DNA from: an uncultured Candidatus Entotheonella sp.
Lineage (GTDB): Bacteria; Tectomicrobia; Entotheonellia; Entotheonellales; Entotheonellaceae
Length of the DNA: 64,000 bases
Direction of reading: 5' to 3'
Assembly: GCA_965217185.1 (NCBI GenBank)
Contig: OZ244252.1
Coordinates: 64,001-128,000, forward strand
Under the pieces are notes generated by a model. It searched no databases and had not been told where the DNA came from. It saw only the letters and a program-made list of their open reading frames with translations. Shown here in pieces: positions 31,842 to 42,011 of this stretch (position 1 is the stretch's first letter; every line of letters begins with the position of its first letter). Both the position numbers and the translations under genes were made by a program.

Positions 31842-32996
31842 ATGGATTTCACGCTTGACGATACCCAACGGCAGTTGCAAACGACGATGCGGCGTTTCGT
31901 GGACAACGAGGTCATCCCGGTTGCCAGCGAGTACGAGCACGCCGACGCCTACCCCGACCCCATGGTCAAGCAAATGGCGGAGATGGGTCTGTTCGGCTGT
32001 ATCCTGCCGACCGAATACGGCGGCGGTGGGCTCGATTACGTGAGCTACGCCATTATCTGCGAGGAACTGTCGCGGGGCTGGATGAGCCTGGCGGGCATTC
32101 TCAATTCTCACCTCATGATGGCCTTGATGACTTGCTGGTACGGCACGGAAGCCCAGAAGCAGACCTATGTGCCGGCTTTCGCAACCGGCGAGCGGCGCGG
32201 CGGGCTGATGCTGACCGAGGCGAATGCCGGTTCCGACGCTGCCGCTATGCAGACGACCGCCATCCGGCAGGGCGACGTGTACGTCGTCAATGGCAGCAAA
32301 ATGTTCATCACCAACGCCGAACGCGGCAACACCTTCATGCTGCTGGCCAAGACCGACCCGACGCGGCAGCCGCAACACCGAGGCATCAGCGCTTTCCTGC
32401 TGGACAAGAGCCGTCCCGGTTTTCGGGTCGGGCGGCGCATCAAAAAGCTGGGCTACAAGGGCCTTCGCACCTGTGAGGTCATCCTGGAGGATTGCCATAT
32501 TCCAAGGGATTGTCTGATTGGGGAAGAGGGCCACGGCTTCAAATATGTGCTGTCGGCGCTTGAGGTCGGGCGCATCAACATCGCCGCCCGAGGGGTCGGC
32601 ATGGCGCGTGCCGCGTTTGAGGACTCGATTCGATACGCCCAGCAGCGGCAGCAATTCGGGCAACCCATCGCCAACTTCCAGGCCATTCAGTTCAAGCTGG
32701 CCGACATGGCGACGGCAATCGAGGCGGCCCGGCTACTGACCTTCAATGCCGCCGCCAAGAAGGACCGCGGTGAGCGGTGTGACCTGGAAGCTGGAATGGC
32801 AAAGCTTTTCGCCAGCGAGATGTGCGAGAAAGCCGCCTCGGAGGGCATTCAGATTCACGGAGGGTACGGCTACACGGAGGAGTTCGCGGTGGAGCGGTAC
32901 TATCGGGACGCCAAGTTGCTCACTGTAGGCGAGGGCACCAGCGAGGTTCAGCGGCAGGTCATCGCCCGGCGTCTGCTGGCGTTGTACGCCATCTGA
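31842..32996 (+). CDS. Acyl-CoA dehydrogenase
   Basis: LTEANAGSD, GSKMFITN, HGGYGY, GEGTSEVQR. Confidence 0.93.
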   Translation: MDFTLDDTQRQLQTTMRRFVDNEVIPVASEYEHADAYPDPMVKQMAEMGLFGCILPTEYGGGGLDYVSYAIICEELSRGWMSLAGILNSHLMMALMTCWYGTEAQKQTYVPAFATGERRGGLMLTEANAGSDAAAMQTTAIRQGDVYVVNGSKMFITNAERGNTFMLLAKTDPTRQPQHRGISAFLLDKSRPGFRVGRRIKKLGYKGLRTCEVILEDCHIPRDCLIGEEGHGFKYVLSALEVGRINIAARGVGMARAAFEDSIRYAQQRQQFGQPIANFQAIQFKLADMATAIEAARLLTFNAAAKKDRGERCDLEAGMAKLFASEMCEKAASEGIQIHGGYGYTEEFAVERYYRDAKLLTVGEGTSEVQRQVIARRLLALYAI

Positions 32997-33009
32997 TCCC
33001 AACCAAATC

Positions 33010-34956
33010 TTATTTCTGCGCCGCTTCAACCGGTTCACTGACCTTGGCGGATTCCTGCTTGGCGGCTCCGTCGCTCTGGCCTGCCTGATTTGAGCCCCGC
33101 CGCCGCCACCAGCCGCGCGCGCGGCGCGCTAGACGCCCAGCCGTCTGCCGGCCGGAACGCGAGCCGGCTGTGGCAACCGGCGGTTCGCCGTTGCCATGAC
33201 GTTCCAGGCGTCTCAATCCTGAGTTGAACCGCCAGAAAATCCGCCCGCGAATCCCACCCTGGGGCGTCGCCACCTCAGCGTTGACGATAGGCGGAACTGG
33301 GGTGGAAGTGGCCCTACCTGCCGGTTTTGATGACTGTGCTTCCGGCTCTTCCACACGAGCGCTGCGACCGCGGCGCCGATGCGTACCGCTAGCCGTCGAA
33401 CGAGCCGGGGGTTCCTTGCTCTCCCTGGCCGCATCTTTTTCAGTCGCCGGGGCCACTTCCACGGGTGCCGCACGCCTGACGAATTCCATGGTGTGCTCGT
33501 TCTGCCGTGCTAGCGGATTGCCGACCAAGTTGAGCGTCAGGTTATATTCCTCTTCAAGTTGAACGATTTCCTTACGTTTCTGGTTCAACAGGTAAAACAC
33601 CACGTCCATCGGCAGTTGGGCGTTGACGGCGGCCAAGGTGTCCTTGGCGGCTTCTGCGCGAATCTGGCGCAGAACCGAAAGCGTAAACGCCACCGTCGAC
33701 CGGATCAAGCCGCTACCCTCGCAATGCGGGCAACTCTGGTAATTGCCTTCGAGGATGGTCGGTTTGAGCCGCTGACGCGACAGTTCCAGCAGCCCGAACT
33801 GGGAAATGCGTCCCAACTGCGTCCGCGCCTTGTCCCGTTTGACCGCCTGCCGCAGCGTCTTCTCGATTTCCTGGTTGTGCTTGGCGTTGCGCATGTCAAT
33901 GAAATCAATGACGATGAGCCCGCCGAGGTCGCGCAACCGCAACTGCCGGGCGACCTCCTGGGCCGCCTCTGTATTGGTCTTGAAGGCCGTCTCCTCGATC
34001 GTCTTTTCTCGCGTCGCACGTCCTGAATTCACGTCGATGGCAACGAGGGCCTCGGTCTGGTCGATGACGATGGAGCCGCCCTGCTTCAGGTTGACCTTAT
34101 GGCTGTAAACGGTCTCCAGCTGCTCCTCAAGCTGGTATTTGGCAAACAGCGGTTTTTTCTCGCGGTACAGCTTGACGCGGCCGTGGTAGCGCGGCATTAC
34201 CGCCTGAAAGAAGTCGCGAGCGCGGTGATAGACCTCGCGGTCGTCGATCAGAACTTCCTGAATGTCGGGGGTGAAATAGTCGCGGATGGAGCGGATCACG
34301 AGGTCCTGTTCCCGATAAATCAGGGCAGGGGCGGGGGACTGCTGGCTCTTGTCTTCGACGCTGGCCCACAAACGTTGCAGGTACGCCATGTCGCGCTGCA
34401 ACTCGGCTTTGTTACGGTTCAACCCGGCGGTGCGCACGATGATGCCCATGTTCGGGGGCGGTTCGAGCTGGGTGACGATCTCTTTAAGCTTCCTGCGCTC
34501 TTCCTCGTCCTCAATTTTGCGCGAGATGCCGCCGGAGGTCTCCGACTCGGGCATGAGCACCAGATAGCGCCCCGGCAGGGAGATATAGGTGCTGAGGCTG
34601 GCGCCCTTGGTGCCCAACTCTTCTTTGACCACCTGCATGATGACTCTCTGGTTGCGCTGCAGCACGTCCTGTATGCGGGGGCGGCGCTCGCGGTCTTCCG
34701 CTGATTTGCCGTCGTCGTTAAACCACCGGGCATGAATCTCACCAATGGGCAGGAAGCCGTGCCGGTTGCCGCCGTAATCTACGAACGCCGCTTGCAAGCT
34801 CGGTTCGACTTTGACGATAACGCCGTTGTAGATGTTGCCTTTGTTCTGCTCCTTGCTGGCCGTCTCAATGGTGAACTCTTCCAGAATGCCATCTTCGACG
34901 ATGGCGACGCGGCTTTCTTCCTCGTCCGCGACGTTAATGAGCATCCGTTTCTTCAT
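33010..34956 (-). CDS. rne: Ribonuclease E/G family
   Basis: S1 domain AAFVDYG..RHGFL, AIDVNSG, VIDFIDM, CPHCEG Zn link, Arg-rich disordered tail. Confidence 0.93.
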   Translation of the reverse strand: MKKRMLINVADEEESRVAIVEDGILEEFTIETASKEQNKGNIYNGVIVKVEPSLQAAFVDYGGNRHGFLPIGEIHARWFNDDGKSAEDRERRPRIQDVLQRNQRVIMQVVKEELGTKGASLSTYISLPGRYLVLMPESETSGGISRKIEDEEERRKLKEIVTQLEPPPNMGIIVRTAGLNRNKAELQRDMAYLQRLWASVEDKSQQSPAPALIYREQDLVIRSIRDYFTPDIQEVLIDDREVYHRARDFFQAVMPRYHGRVKLYREKKPLFAKYQLEEQLETVYSHKVNLKQGGSIVIDQTEALVAIDVNSGRATREKTIEETAFKTNTEAAQEVARQLRLRDLGGLIVIDFIDMRNAKHNQEIEKTLRQAVKRDKARTQLGRISQFGLLELSRQRLKPTILEGNYQSCPHCEGSGLIRSTVAFTLSVLRQIRAEAAKDTLAAVNAQLPMDVVFYLLNQKRKEIVQLEEEYNLTLNLVGNPLARQNEHTMEFVRRAAPVEVAPATEKDAARESKEPPARSTASGTHRRRGRSARVEEPEAQSSKPAGRATSTPVPPIVNAEVATPQGGIRGRIFWRFNSGLRRLERHGNGEPPVATAGSRSGRQTAGRLARRARGWWRRRGSNQAGQSDGAAKQESAKVSEPVEAAQK

Positions 34957-35130
34957 CTAAACCTTCTCTGATGCAGGATCTGCATGGGGTGGATAGTTGT
35001 GGGTATCCGGTGTTGGGATGGCCGTTGCCAAAACGAATCGTGGGGGCGATTCACAACCGCGTAGCACAAATGTGAGGCGTGTGCAAGTGTAACATGATAT
35101 CTGCGCGGTGCAAAATTTAGTGCCGTGGTG

Positions 35131-35526
35131 TTAAGGCTGGGCATACTCGACCAGGACGCCGTGGTTGGACTTGGGGTGTAAAAAGCAGATCAAGCCGGCA
35201 AGTCCGGCGCGCGGTTGCTGATCGATCGTCGTCACGCCGCGCCGTTTGGCAGTTTCCAGCTCTTCGTTGACATCGTCCGTTTCGAAGCACAGATGATGCA
35301 GCCCTTCTCCCCGCTGTTCCAGAAAGCGGGCCACCCCGGTTCCCGGCGCGACCGGTTCCAGCAACTCGATCTCGCTCTCCCCGATGGTCAGCAGGGCAGC
35401 CCGGACGCCCTGATCCTGGATGATCGCTTCCTTGTGCACCGGAAGGGACAGGGCGTCGCGATAAAAGGCATAGGCCTCGTCGAGGCTGCGTACCACGATG
35501 CCGATGTGGTGGATCTTGGTCAGCAT
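35131..35526 (-). CDS. mce: Methylmalonyl-CoA epimerase (VOC family)
   Basis: IHHIGIVV, IELLEP, GEGLHHLCF, FLHPKS..GVLVE. Confidence 0.88.
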   Translation of the reverse strand: MLTKIHHIGIVVRSLDEAYAFYRDALSLPVHKEAIIQDQGVRAALLTIGESEIELLEPVAPGTGVARFLEQRGEGLHHLCFETDDVNEELETAKRRGVTTIDQQPRAGLAGLICFLHPKSNHGVLVEYAQP

Positions 35527-35553
35527 GGTATCTCCCGCTGTTTTGGCGCCGGC

Positions 35554-36639
35554 TCAGCCGATATAGCCCCGGTGCACCAACAACTCTGCCGTCAGCACCG
35601 TGCCCTTGGCGGCGCCCATTTTGGTATTGTGCGACAAGAGCACGTATTGCAGGCCGTTCTCGAAGGCACTGTCAGCCCGCAAACGGCCCACGCTGGTGGC
35701 CATGCCGTCGTCCAGCGTGCGGTCCAGGCGCGGTTGTGGCCGGAACGGGTCGTCGTGCATGACGATGAGACGCTGCGGCGATGAGGGCAATCCCAGCCGA
35801 GCGAATTCCGCACCGAAACAGTTGAAAGCGTCCCGTGCCTCGTCCACCGTGGCCGGCCGCGTGGTCAGGGCCAGTACGCTCTCGGTGTGCCCCTCCAGCA
35901 CCGGCACGCGGGTGCAGGTCGCGCTCATGCGAAGCGCGGCTGGCTGCAGACCGTCCGCCGTACAGCGGCCGAGAATTTTGCACGTCTCCCGCCGCACTTT
36001 CTCTTCTTCTTTGGCGATGTAGGGAATAACGTTGTCGATGATGTCCAGACCCAGAACGCCGCCGTGGCGTCCGGCGCCGGAGACGGCCTGCAACGACGTC
36101 ATGACGACGGCTTCCAGGCCGAAGCGTTGCGCCAGGGGAGCCAGGGTGATGGCCAACCCGACCGTGGTGCAATTCGGGTTTGGCGCGATGAATCCCTGCC
36201 AGCCGCGCGTTTTGCGTTGGTTGTCGATCAACCCGATGTGATCGTCATTGACGCCTGGCAACAGCACCGGCACGTCGTCGTCGTAGCGAAAGGCCGAGGC
36301 CGTGCTGATGACCGGCGTGCTGCGTGCGTATTGGGGCTCGAGCGTCCGGGCGGCGTCCGATTCGACGGCGCTGAAAATCACGTCGAAGCGCGTTGCGTCG
36401 AGGTCGGCGGCGTTTTCCACGGGCAGGTCGAAGATGCTGTCGTCCGGTGGGGCTTCGGCGTACCACTGCAGGGAGCCGCCGGGGGCATCCCGCAGCGCCT
36501 CGCCATACGAACGGCCCGCCGAGCGCTGCGATGCGGCTAGGGCGTCGATGGTAAACCAAGGATGCCGTTGCAGAGCCAGAATGAACTGCTGTCCGACGAT
36601 ACCAGTGGCGCCAACGATGGCGGCCTTGAGCCTGCTCAT
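35554..36639 (-). CDS. asd: Aspartate-semialdehyde dehydrogenase (archaeal/fungal-like type)
   Basis: GATGIVGQ, NPNCTT, QAVSGAG, SHNTKMGAA. Confidence 0.93.
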   Translation of the reverse strand: MSRLKAAIVGATGIVGQQFILALQRHPWFTIDALAASQRSAGRSYGEALRDAPGGSLQWYAEAPPDDSIFDLPVENAADLDATRFDVIFSAVESDAARTLEPQYARSTPVISTASAFRYDDDVPVLLPGVNDDHIGLIDNQRKTRGWQGFIAPNPNCTTVGLAITLAPLAQRFGLEAVVMTSLQAVSGAGRHGGVLGLDIIDNVIPYIAKEEEKVRRETCKILGRCTADGLQPAALRMSATCTRVPVLEGHTESVLALTTRPATVDEARDAFNCFGAEFARLGLPSSPQRLIVMHDDPFRPQPRLDRTLDDGMATSVGRLRADSAFENGLQYVLLSHNTKMGAAKGTVLTAELLVHRGYIG

Positions 36640-36780
36640 GTCACCTCGTCAATCTGGAAAAATGGGTACGCTTCAACCTGACAGGGAGAGCGCTTGCTTC
36701 CCCCCGGAGGCTTTGCGAGAATGGCCGCCCTCGGTGTCGTGGAAGGGAATCGTAAACGCGCAAGAACAGCGGAGGACGCC

Positions 36781-38625
36781 ATGCACGGATACCATGGGCG
36801 CATACTGAATGTCAATCTGAGCAGCAGCCAAATTGCCATCGAGACGTTCGATGAAATGTTTGCCAAGCAGTATCTCGGTGGCAACGGTTTTGCCATCCGT
36901 CTGCTGTACGAGCGCCTGGCCGCGGGCATTGATCCCCTGGCGCCCGAAAACGTCATCGTTTTTGCCGTTGGTCCGACCACCGACACCATGATTCCCGGCG
37001 CCACGCGCTGCTGTGCCGGCACGAAATCCCCACTTACCGGCTTGTTCTTCGACACCACCTTCGGCGGCATGTTCGCTGCAGTCCAGAAGCGCAGCGGCTT
37101 CGAGGCCATCGCCATTACCGGCCGCGCCGCCGAGCCCGTGTACCTGTTGGTGCACGAGGAAGGCGCCGAGATCAAGCCCGCTGGTGATCTGTGGGGGCGT
37201 TACACGCAGGAAACCAACCACGCCATCCGCGACCGCGAGGGCGGCAACGTGGAAGTCTGCGCCATCGGGCCGGCGGGCGAAAACCGCGTACGCTTCGCCT
37301 GCGCCGTGCATACCTGGGACAAGAGCCGCGACGGGGTCGCCGGACGTGGCGGCCTCGGCGCCGTGATGGGTTCCAAGCATCTCAAGGCGGTTGCCGTGTC
37401 GGGCAAGCGCAAGACCAGCGTCGCCGACCCCGAGGCCATCAAGACGCTGCTGAGCGAGACCCGCGAGCCCATGAAGGTCGGCACCGCGGCGCTGAAGAAT
37501 TACGGCACGACGATTCTCGTCAACATGGTGAACAAAATCGGCGCTCTGGGCGTGCGCAACCTCCAAACCGAATCCTACGACAAGGCGGATGCCATCTCCG
37601 GTGAGACCTACAAGGCGGCCTATTTCGACAAGGACACCACCTGTTTCAAATGTCCGGTGGCCTGCGGCAAGGACTTTCACGTGGACGAAGGCGAATATGC
37701 CGGCACCCGCTGGAAGATGCCGGAATACGAGACGATTTTCGCCCTTGGCTCCATGCTGGACAACGCCCACAAGGGGTCCATTGTCAAAGCCAACGAACTG
37801 TGCGATCAGTTGGGCATGGACACGATCAGCCTCGGCGTCACCCTGGCGTTTGCCTTCGAGTGCTTTGAGAAGGGCTTATTGAGCCGCGAACACGCCGGGC
37901 GCGACCTCAAATTCGGCGATTACCACGCCATCCTCGACCTCATCGAGGACACGGCTTACCGGCGCGGTCTGGGGGACCTACTGGCCGAGGGTTCGGTGCG
38001 CTTGGCGGCGCATTTGGGAGACGAGGCCAGCCGCTTTCTATACGCCGTTAAGGCGCTGGAAATGCCGGCCCACTCCGCCCGCGTGCTCAAGGGCATGAGC
38101 CTGGGCTACGCGACCTCCACGCGCGGCGGCAGTCACCACGACACCCGCCCGACGTTGCAATACGGCACCGAGCACGACAACACGACGCCCGACGGCAAGC
38201 CTGAGTTCGCCGTGCACAACCAGCATTTCACTGCCGTGGGCGATTCGCTGACGCAGTGCCGCTTCGTCAGCGAGCGCGGCTTCGGCGGCATGCTGAACGA
38301 GCACTACCCCCGCATGATCAACGCCGTCACCGGCTGGGACCTGTCGCTGGAGGACGTCGAACGTATCGGCGAGCGCATCTGGAACCTGGAACGGGCTTTC
38401 AACGTGCGCGAGGGCATCGGGCGTGAGCAGGACGTGCTGCCGCATCGGGTTATGCACGAGCCGGTGCCCGAGGGCATGCATAAGGGGATGCATTGCCCGC
38501 CGGACGAGTTGAACGGCATGCTGGACAGCTACTACGCGCTGCGCGGCTGGACGTCTGACGGCGTGCCGACGCCCGAGCGGCTGCAGGCCCTGGAACTGGC
38601 CGAGCTTGTCAAAAACGGCAAGTAA
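36781..38625 (+). CDS. Aldehyde:ferredoxin oxidoreductase family (tungstopterin) enzyme
   Basis: GYHGRILNVNLS, KSPLTG, GRGGLGAVMGSKHLKAV, CFKCPVAC, EYET, YYALRGW. Confidence 0.93.
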   Translation: MHGYHGRILNVNLSSSQIAIETFDEMFAKQYLGGNGFAIRLLYERLAAGIDPLAPENVIVFAVGPTTDTMIPGATRCCAGTKSPLTGLFFDTTFGGMFAAVQKRSGFEAIAITGRAAEPVYLLVHEEGAEIKPAGDLWGRYTQETNHAIRDREGGNVEVCAIGPAGENRVRFACAVHTWDKSRDGVAGRGGLGAVMGSKHLKAVAVSGKRKTSVADPEAIKTLLSETREPMKVGTAALKNYGTTILVNMVNKIGALGVRNLQTESYDKADAISGETYKAAYFDKDTTCFKCPVACGKDFHVDEGEYAGTRWKMPEYETIFALGSMLDNAHKGSIVKANELCDQLGMDTISLGVTLAFAFECFEKGLLSREHAGRDLKFGDYHAILDLIEDTAYRRGLGDLLAEGSVRLAAHLGDEASRFLYAVKALEMPAHSARVLKGMSLGYATSTRGGSHHDTRPTLQYGTEHDNTTPDGKPEFAVHNQHFTAVGDSLTQCRFVSERGFGGMLNEHYPRMINAVTGWDLSLEDVERIGERIWNLERAFNVREGIGREQDVLPHRVMHEPVPEGMHKGMHCPPDELNGMLDSYYALRGWTSDGVPTPERLQALELAELVKNGK

Positions 38626-38633
38626 ACGTGGGC

Positions 38634-39017
38634 ATGCGGCTGACCGTCACAACGCATATTTTCGGCCTGCCGACCGGCCAACGCACGGTGTCGGTGTCCG
38701 TCGTAGTGCCGGCGGGCTTCAGCGTGCGGGAACTCATTGCGCGGAAGATCGAGCAGGAATGGTCGGAAAGCGCCGAGCGGCAAAGGCCCGGCCTCAGTGG
38801 CGAGGCGTTCTCGTCCGAAGAGCTTCTGGGCGCTGCGCCGCTTGCCCTGCGCGGTGACGTCTGTGAGGAAGTCGAACGCGCTCAGCAGGCGTTCGCGGCC
38901 CGCGAGTTCATGGTCGTGGTCGACGATCAGCGGATCTGCGACCCCGACGTAGTTCTGATCGTCAACCCGGACACCCGCGTGGAATTCATCAAAATCCTGC
39001 CCATGGTCGGGGGATAA
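38634..39017 (+). CDS. Atypical ubiquitin-like (MoaD/ThiS-like beta-grasp) protein ending in Gly-Gly
   Basis: SVRELIA, VVVDDQRI...TRVEFIKILPMVGG-stop; begins a few bp after the AOR stop (alternative GTG at 38628). Confidence 0.75.
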   Translation: MRLTVTTHIFGLPTGQRTVSVSVVVPAGFSVRELIARKIEQEWSESAERQRPGLSGEAFSSEELLGAAPLALRGDVCEEVERAQQAFAAREFMVVVDDQRICDPDVVLIVNPDTRVEFIKILPMVGG

Positions 39018-39023
39018 CCCGCC

Positions 39024-40373
39024 TCACCGCACCTGGATTCCCACCTCCACCATCATCCCCGGTTTCAGCAGATTGTCCGGGTTCTCAACCGCGATGCGCA
39101 CCGGGATGCGCTGCGTCACCTTGATGAAGTGGGCCGAGGCGCTGCCCGCTGGAATAATGGCGAATTCGGACCGCGTGGCGGCGCCGATCTGGTGCACCTG
39201 GCCCTGAAACGACTGGTCGGGATAGGCGTCCACCGCGATATCCACCGGTTGTCCCAACTGCACTTGGCGAATCTGGGTTTCCTCGATGTTGGCGCTGACC
39301 CATACGTCCTGCGGGTCATTGACAATGGCGATCGGCTGTCCGGCCCGAACGTGCTCGCCGCCGTCAGCAATCGCTTGGCTCACGGAGCCGGTCACCGGAC
39401 TGTGGATGACGGTCTTTTCTAGTCGCAGGCGCGCCAGGGCGAGCTCGGTCTCGGCCTCTTTGACCTTGGCGCGGAGGTCTTTCACCCCCTCAGCCTGTGC
39501 CATATTGCCCAGGCGTCCCACGTCCACTGCCTGGGTCTTCAGCGCTTGCGACTCTTCGACTTTCTGCTCTTGGGTGCGTACGCTCTCGAGACGCAGTTGC
39601 ACGCGCTGGCTTTCGTCTCTCGCCCTTTGCAGCAGCACAAGGTCCTTATTCAAACGTTCTTGTACCGATTGGTGCTGGGCCAGAGCGAGATTGTATGCTG
39701 CCGTCACTTGGTCCCGTTGCTCGGCAGGGATGATGCCGTCCTGGAACAGTTGCTCGGCGCGTTTGCTCTCGGCTGCTGCTACGTCGAGTTGTGCCTTGGT
39801 CCCCGCCAACTGGGCTCTGGCCTCCTCCACGGCGGCCTCCTGTCCCCGCGATTCAGCCTGGACGCGTTTGTTTTCAAGTTGCGCAGCGCCCTGAACTTCG
39901 CTCAGTTGGCTCTGCGAGGCGTTCAAGACGGCTTCGGAAACTCCGATGTTGCCCTCGGTCAGGGCCTGCGCCAATTCGTGTTCGATCTCGGCGCGGGCCA
40001 ATTGGCTCTGCACCGCTTCCAGCGTAGCCTGCCGTTGCGCGACTTCCAACTCGTAGAATTCCGGGTCGATACGGGCCAACAAGTCGCCTTGTTTGATCGG
40101 CTGTCCCGCCTTGATCGGCACACTCAGTAAACGCCCCGGGACCTCCGCACTCACCGTGATCAACGTGCCCTTCACGCGCGCGTCGTCGGTCGACACGTGG
40201 CTCAGCGTATACAGCCACCACTGCACGCCGAAGTAGCTGCCGACCGCCAGTCCCAGCACCAGCAGTGGAGCAAAAATGCGCCAACGCGAGCCGCGCTGGC
40301 GGAGGGGCGGCATCGGCGCCGACCCGCCAGCGCGAGGCGAGGGAGTGTCCAAGGGAGCGTTATCTTCAGCCAT
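39024..40373 (-). CDS. HlyD/EmrA-family membrane fusion protein
   Basis: N-terminal TM, STDDARV, long coiled coil, VDAYP, FIKVTQRIPVRI, LKPGM. Confidence 0.92.
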   Translation of the reverse strand: MAEDNAPLDTPSPRAGGSAPMPPLRQRGSRWRIFAPLLVLGLAVGSYFGVQWWLYTLSHVSTDDARVKGTLITVSAEVPGRLLSVPIKAGQPIKQGDLLARIDPEFYELEVAQRQATLEAVQSQLARAEIEHELAQALTEGNIGVSEAVLNASQSQLSEVQGAAQLENKRVQAESRGQEAAVEEARAQLAGTKAQLDVAAAESKRAEQLFQDGIIPAEQRDQVTAAYNLALAQHQSVQERLNKDLVLLQRARDESQRVQLRLESVRTQEQKVEESQALKTQAVDVGRLGNMAQAEGVKDLRAKVKEAETELALARLRLEKTVIHSPVTGSVSQAIADGGEHVRAGQPIAIVNDPQDVWVSANIEETQIRQVQLGQPVDIAVDAYPDQSFQGQVHQIGAATRSEFAIIPAGSASAHFIKVTQRIPVRIAVENPDNLLKPGMMVEVGIQVR

Positions 40374-40385
40374 GTGCTGTTTCCT

Positions 40386-40419
40386 TTGTTGTCAAACTTC
40401 GCTTGTTATCAAACTTCGC
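40386..40419. promoter_or_regulatory. 17-bp tandem direct repeat upstream of the HlyD gene
   Basis: TTGTTGTCAAACTTCGC / TTGTTATCAAACTTCGC (1 mismatch), 12 bp from the start codon. Confidence 0.5.
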
Positions 40420-40664
40420 TCGGCATGATGCGAAAGATTGGGGGTGAGTGCCGGAGGGTCTGCGAAGCAGCCGGAGACGGATAAGACGGCCTCGGAGCTA
40501 AATGCGTTATCGACGATGGACGATAGCTTAACACAGACAGTTGTTGCAAAGGGTTGGGTTGATTTCCTAATGGATCGTTGATAACTGCCCATTTGTGCAT
40601 TATATTGACGGTATGACTCCGCGCTACGGACCCCAGTTAGCCCATTCACGCGGGAGGGGTGAAT

Positions 40665-41741
40665 ATGGAACCTGACGCAAGAGATCCCCAGCCGGCCATT
40701 CGTGGGCGCGGCACTGCCTCGAACCCTCGTAACCGTTTCGAGCCGCTGTTCTATGCCCCGGACCCCGACAGCGAGGTGCCGCCAGACACCGCCTTTACGA
40801 CGGAACTGCTCCGCGACACCTCACAGTCCATCTTGGCCTACAATAACAGCCCGGACATCGGCTTTGACGCCAGCATCAACGTGTACCGCGGCTGCGAGCA
40901 CGGCTGCATTTACTGCTACGCCAGACCGACCCACGAATATCTCGGGTTTTCCGCCGGCCTCGACTTCGAGACCAAAATTCTGGTCAAACCCGAAGCCGCA
41001 ACGCTCCTGCGCCGGGAGTTATCGTCGCGCCGCTGGAAGCCGCAGGTGGTGGTTCTGAGCGGTGTCACCGACCCCTACCAGCCCACCGAACGCCGCCTAA
41101 AGCTGACGCGGGCTTGCCTGCAGGTGCTGGCTGAATTCCGCAACCCGGTGTCCATCATCACCAAGAACCACCTCGTGACCCGCGACATTGACGTGTTGGG
41201 CGAATTGGCGCGCTACCAGGCGGTTTCGGTGACGCTGTCCGTCACCAGCCTGGCCAGCCGGCTCAGCCGTGTGCTCGAACCCAGAGCCTCGCATCCTCAA
41301 CAACGACTGGCGGCTATCGAGGAATTGTCGCAGGCGGGGGTGCCGGTCGGCATGATGGTGGCGCCGGTCATTCCGGGACTGAATGAACACGAGCTGCCTG
41401 CCATTATCGCGGCCGGCAAGCAGGCCGGAGTTCAGTTTGCCGGCTACACGACGCTGCGATTGCCGTACGGGGTGGCACCGTTGTTCGAGCGCTGGTTGGA
41501 TCAACATGCTCCGAACAAAAAGGCCAAAATCCTCAACCGCCTGCGCAGCCTGCGCGGTGGTAAGATGAACGACAGCCGCTTTGGCAAACGCATGCGCGGC
41601 GAGGGGCGATACGCCGAGCAAATCGCCGCCATGTTCGCACTGGCCTGCCGCAAGGCGGGTTTGGTCAACAAGCACCCGAGACTCTCCACAACCGCCTTCC
41701 GCCGCCCTGTGGAGGGGCAGTTGTCGCTGTTCGACGAGTAG
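40665..41741 (+). CDS. Radical SAM protein, PA0069/Rv2578c (spore-photoproduct-lyase-like) family
   Basis: RGRGTASNPRNRF, YRGCEHGCIYCYARPTH, TDPYQP, GQLSLF tail. Confidence 0.92.
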   Translation: MEPDARDPQPAIRGRGTASNPRNRFEPLFYAPDPDSEVPPDTAFTTELLRDTSQSILAYNNSPDIGFDASINVYRGCEHGCIYCYARPTHEYLGFSAGLDFETKILVKPEAATLLRRELSSRRWKPQVVVLSGVTDPYQPTERRLKLTRACLQVLAEFRNPVSIITKNHLVTRDIDVLGELARYQAVSVTLSVTSLASRLSRVLEPRASHPQQRLAAIEELSQAGVPVGMMVAPVIPGLNEHELPAIIAAGKQAGVQFAGYTTLRLPYGVAPLFERWLDQHAPNKKAKILNRLRSLRGGKMNDSRFGKRMRGEGRYAEQIAAMFALACRKAGLVNKHPRLSTTAFRRPVEGQLSLFDE

Positions 41742-42011
41742 CGAAAGACGGCAGCGAGGTCAGGGAATTCATGGTACAAGGTTCTCTTTGATTGGGTGTA
41801 AGTCCGAAATTGAGCGATTCTGAGGGGGTTTGGTACGGCTTGGGGACATGATTGATGCGCGAGGTGACAAAGTGTCACGTAGGACGGTGGGTGATGGGCA
41901 GCACTCCTCTGGGGTATTGTTGGTTTATCTACAAAATTGGCGGACGGACGGGCCGCCTAACTGGTCAATTTGAGACCTACGCCCCTTTGATTGACCATTT
42001 GGGAGACGTTC

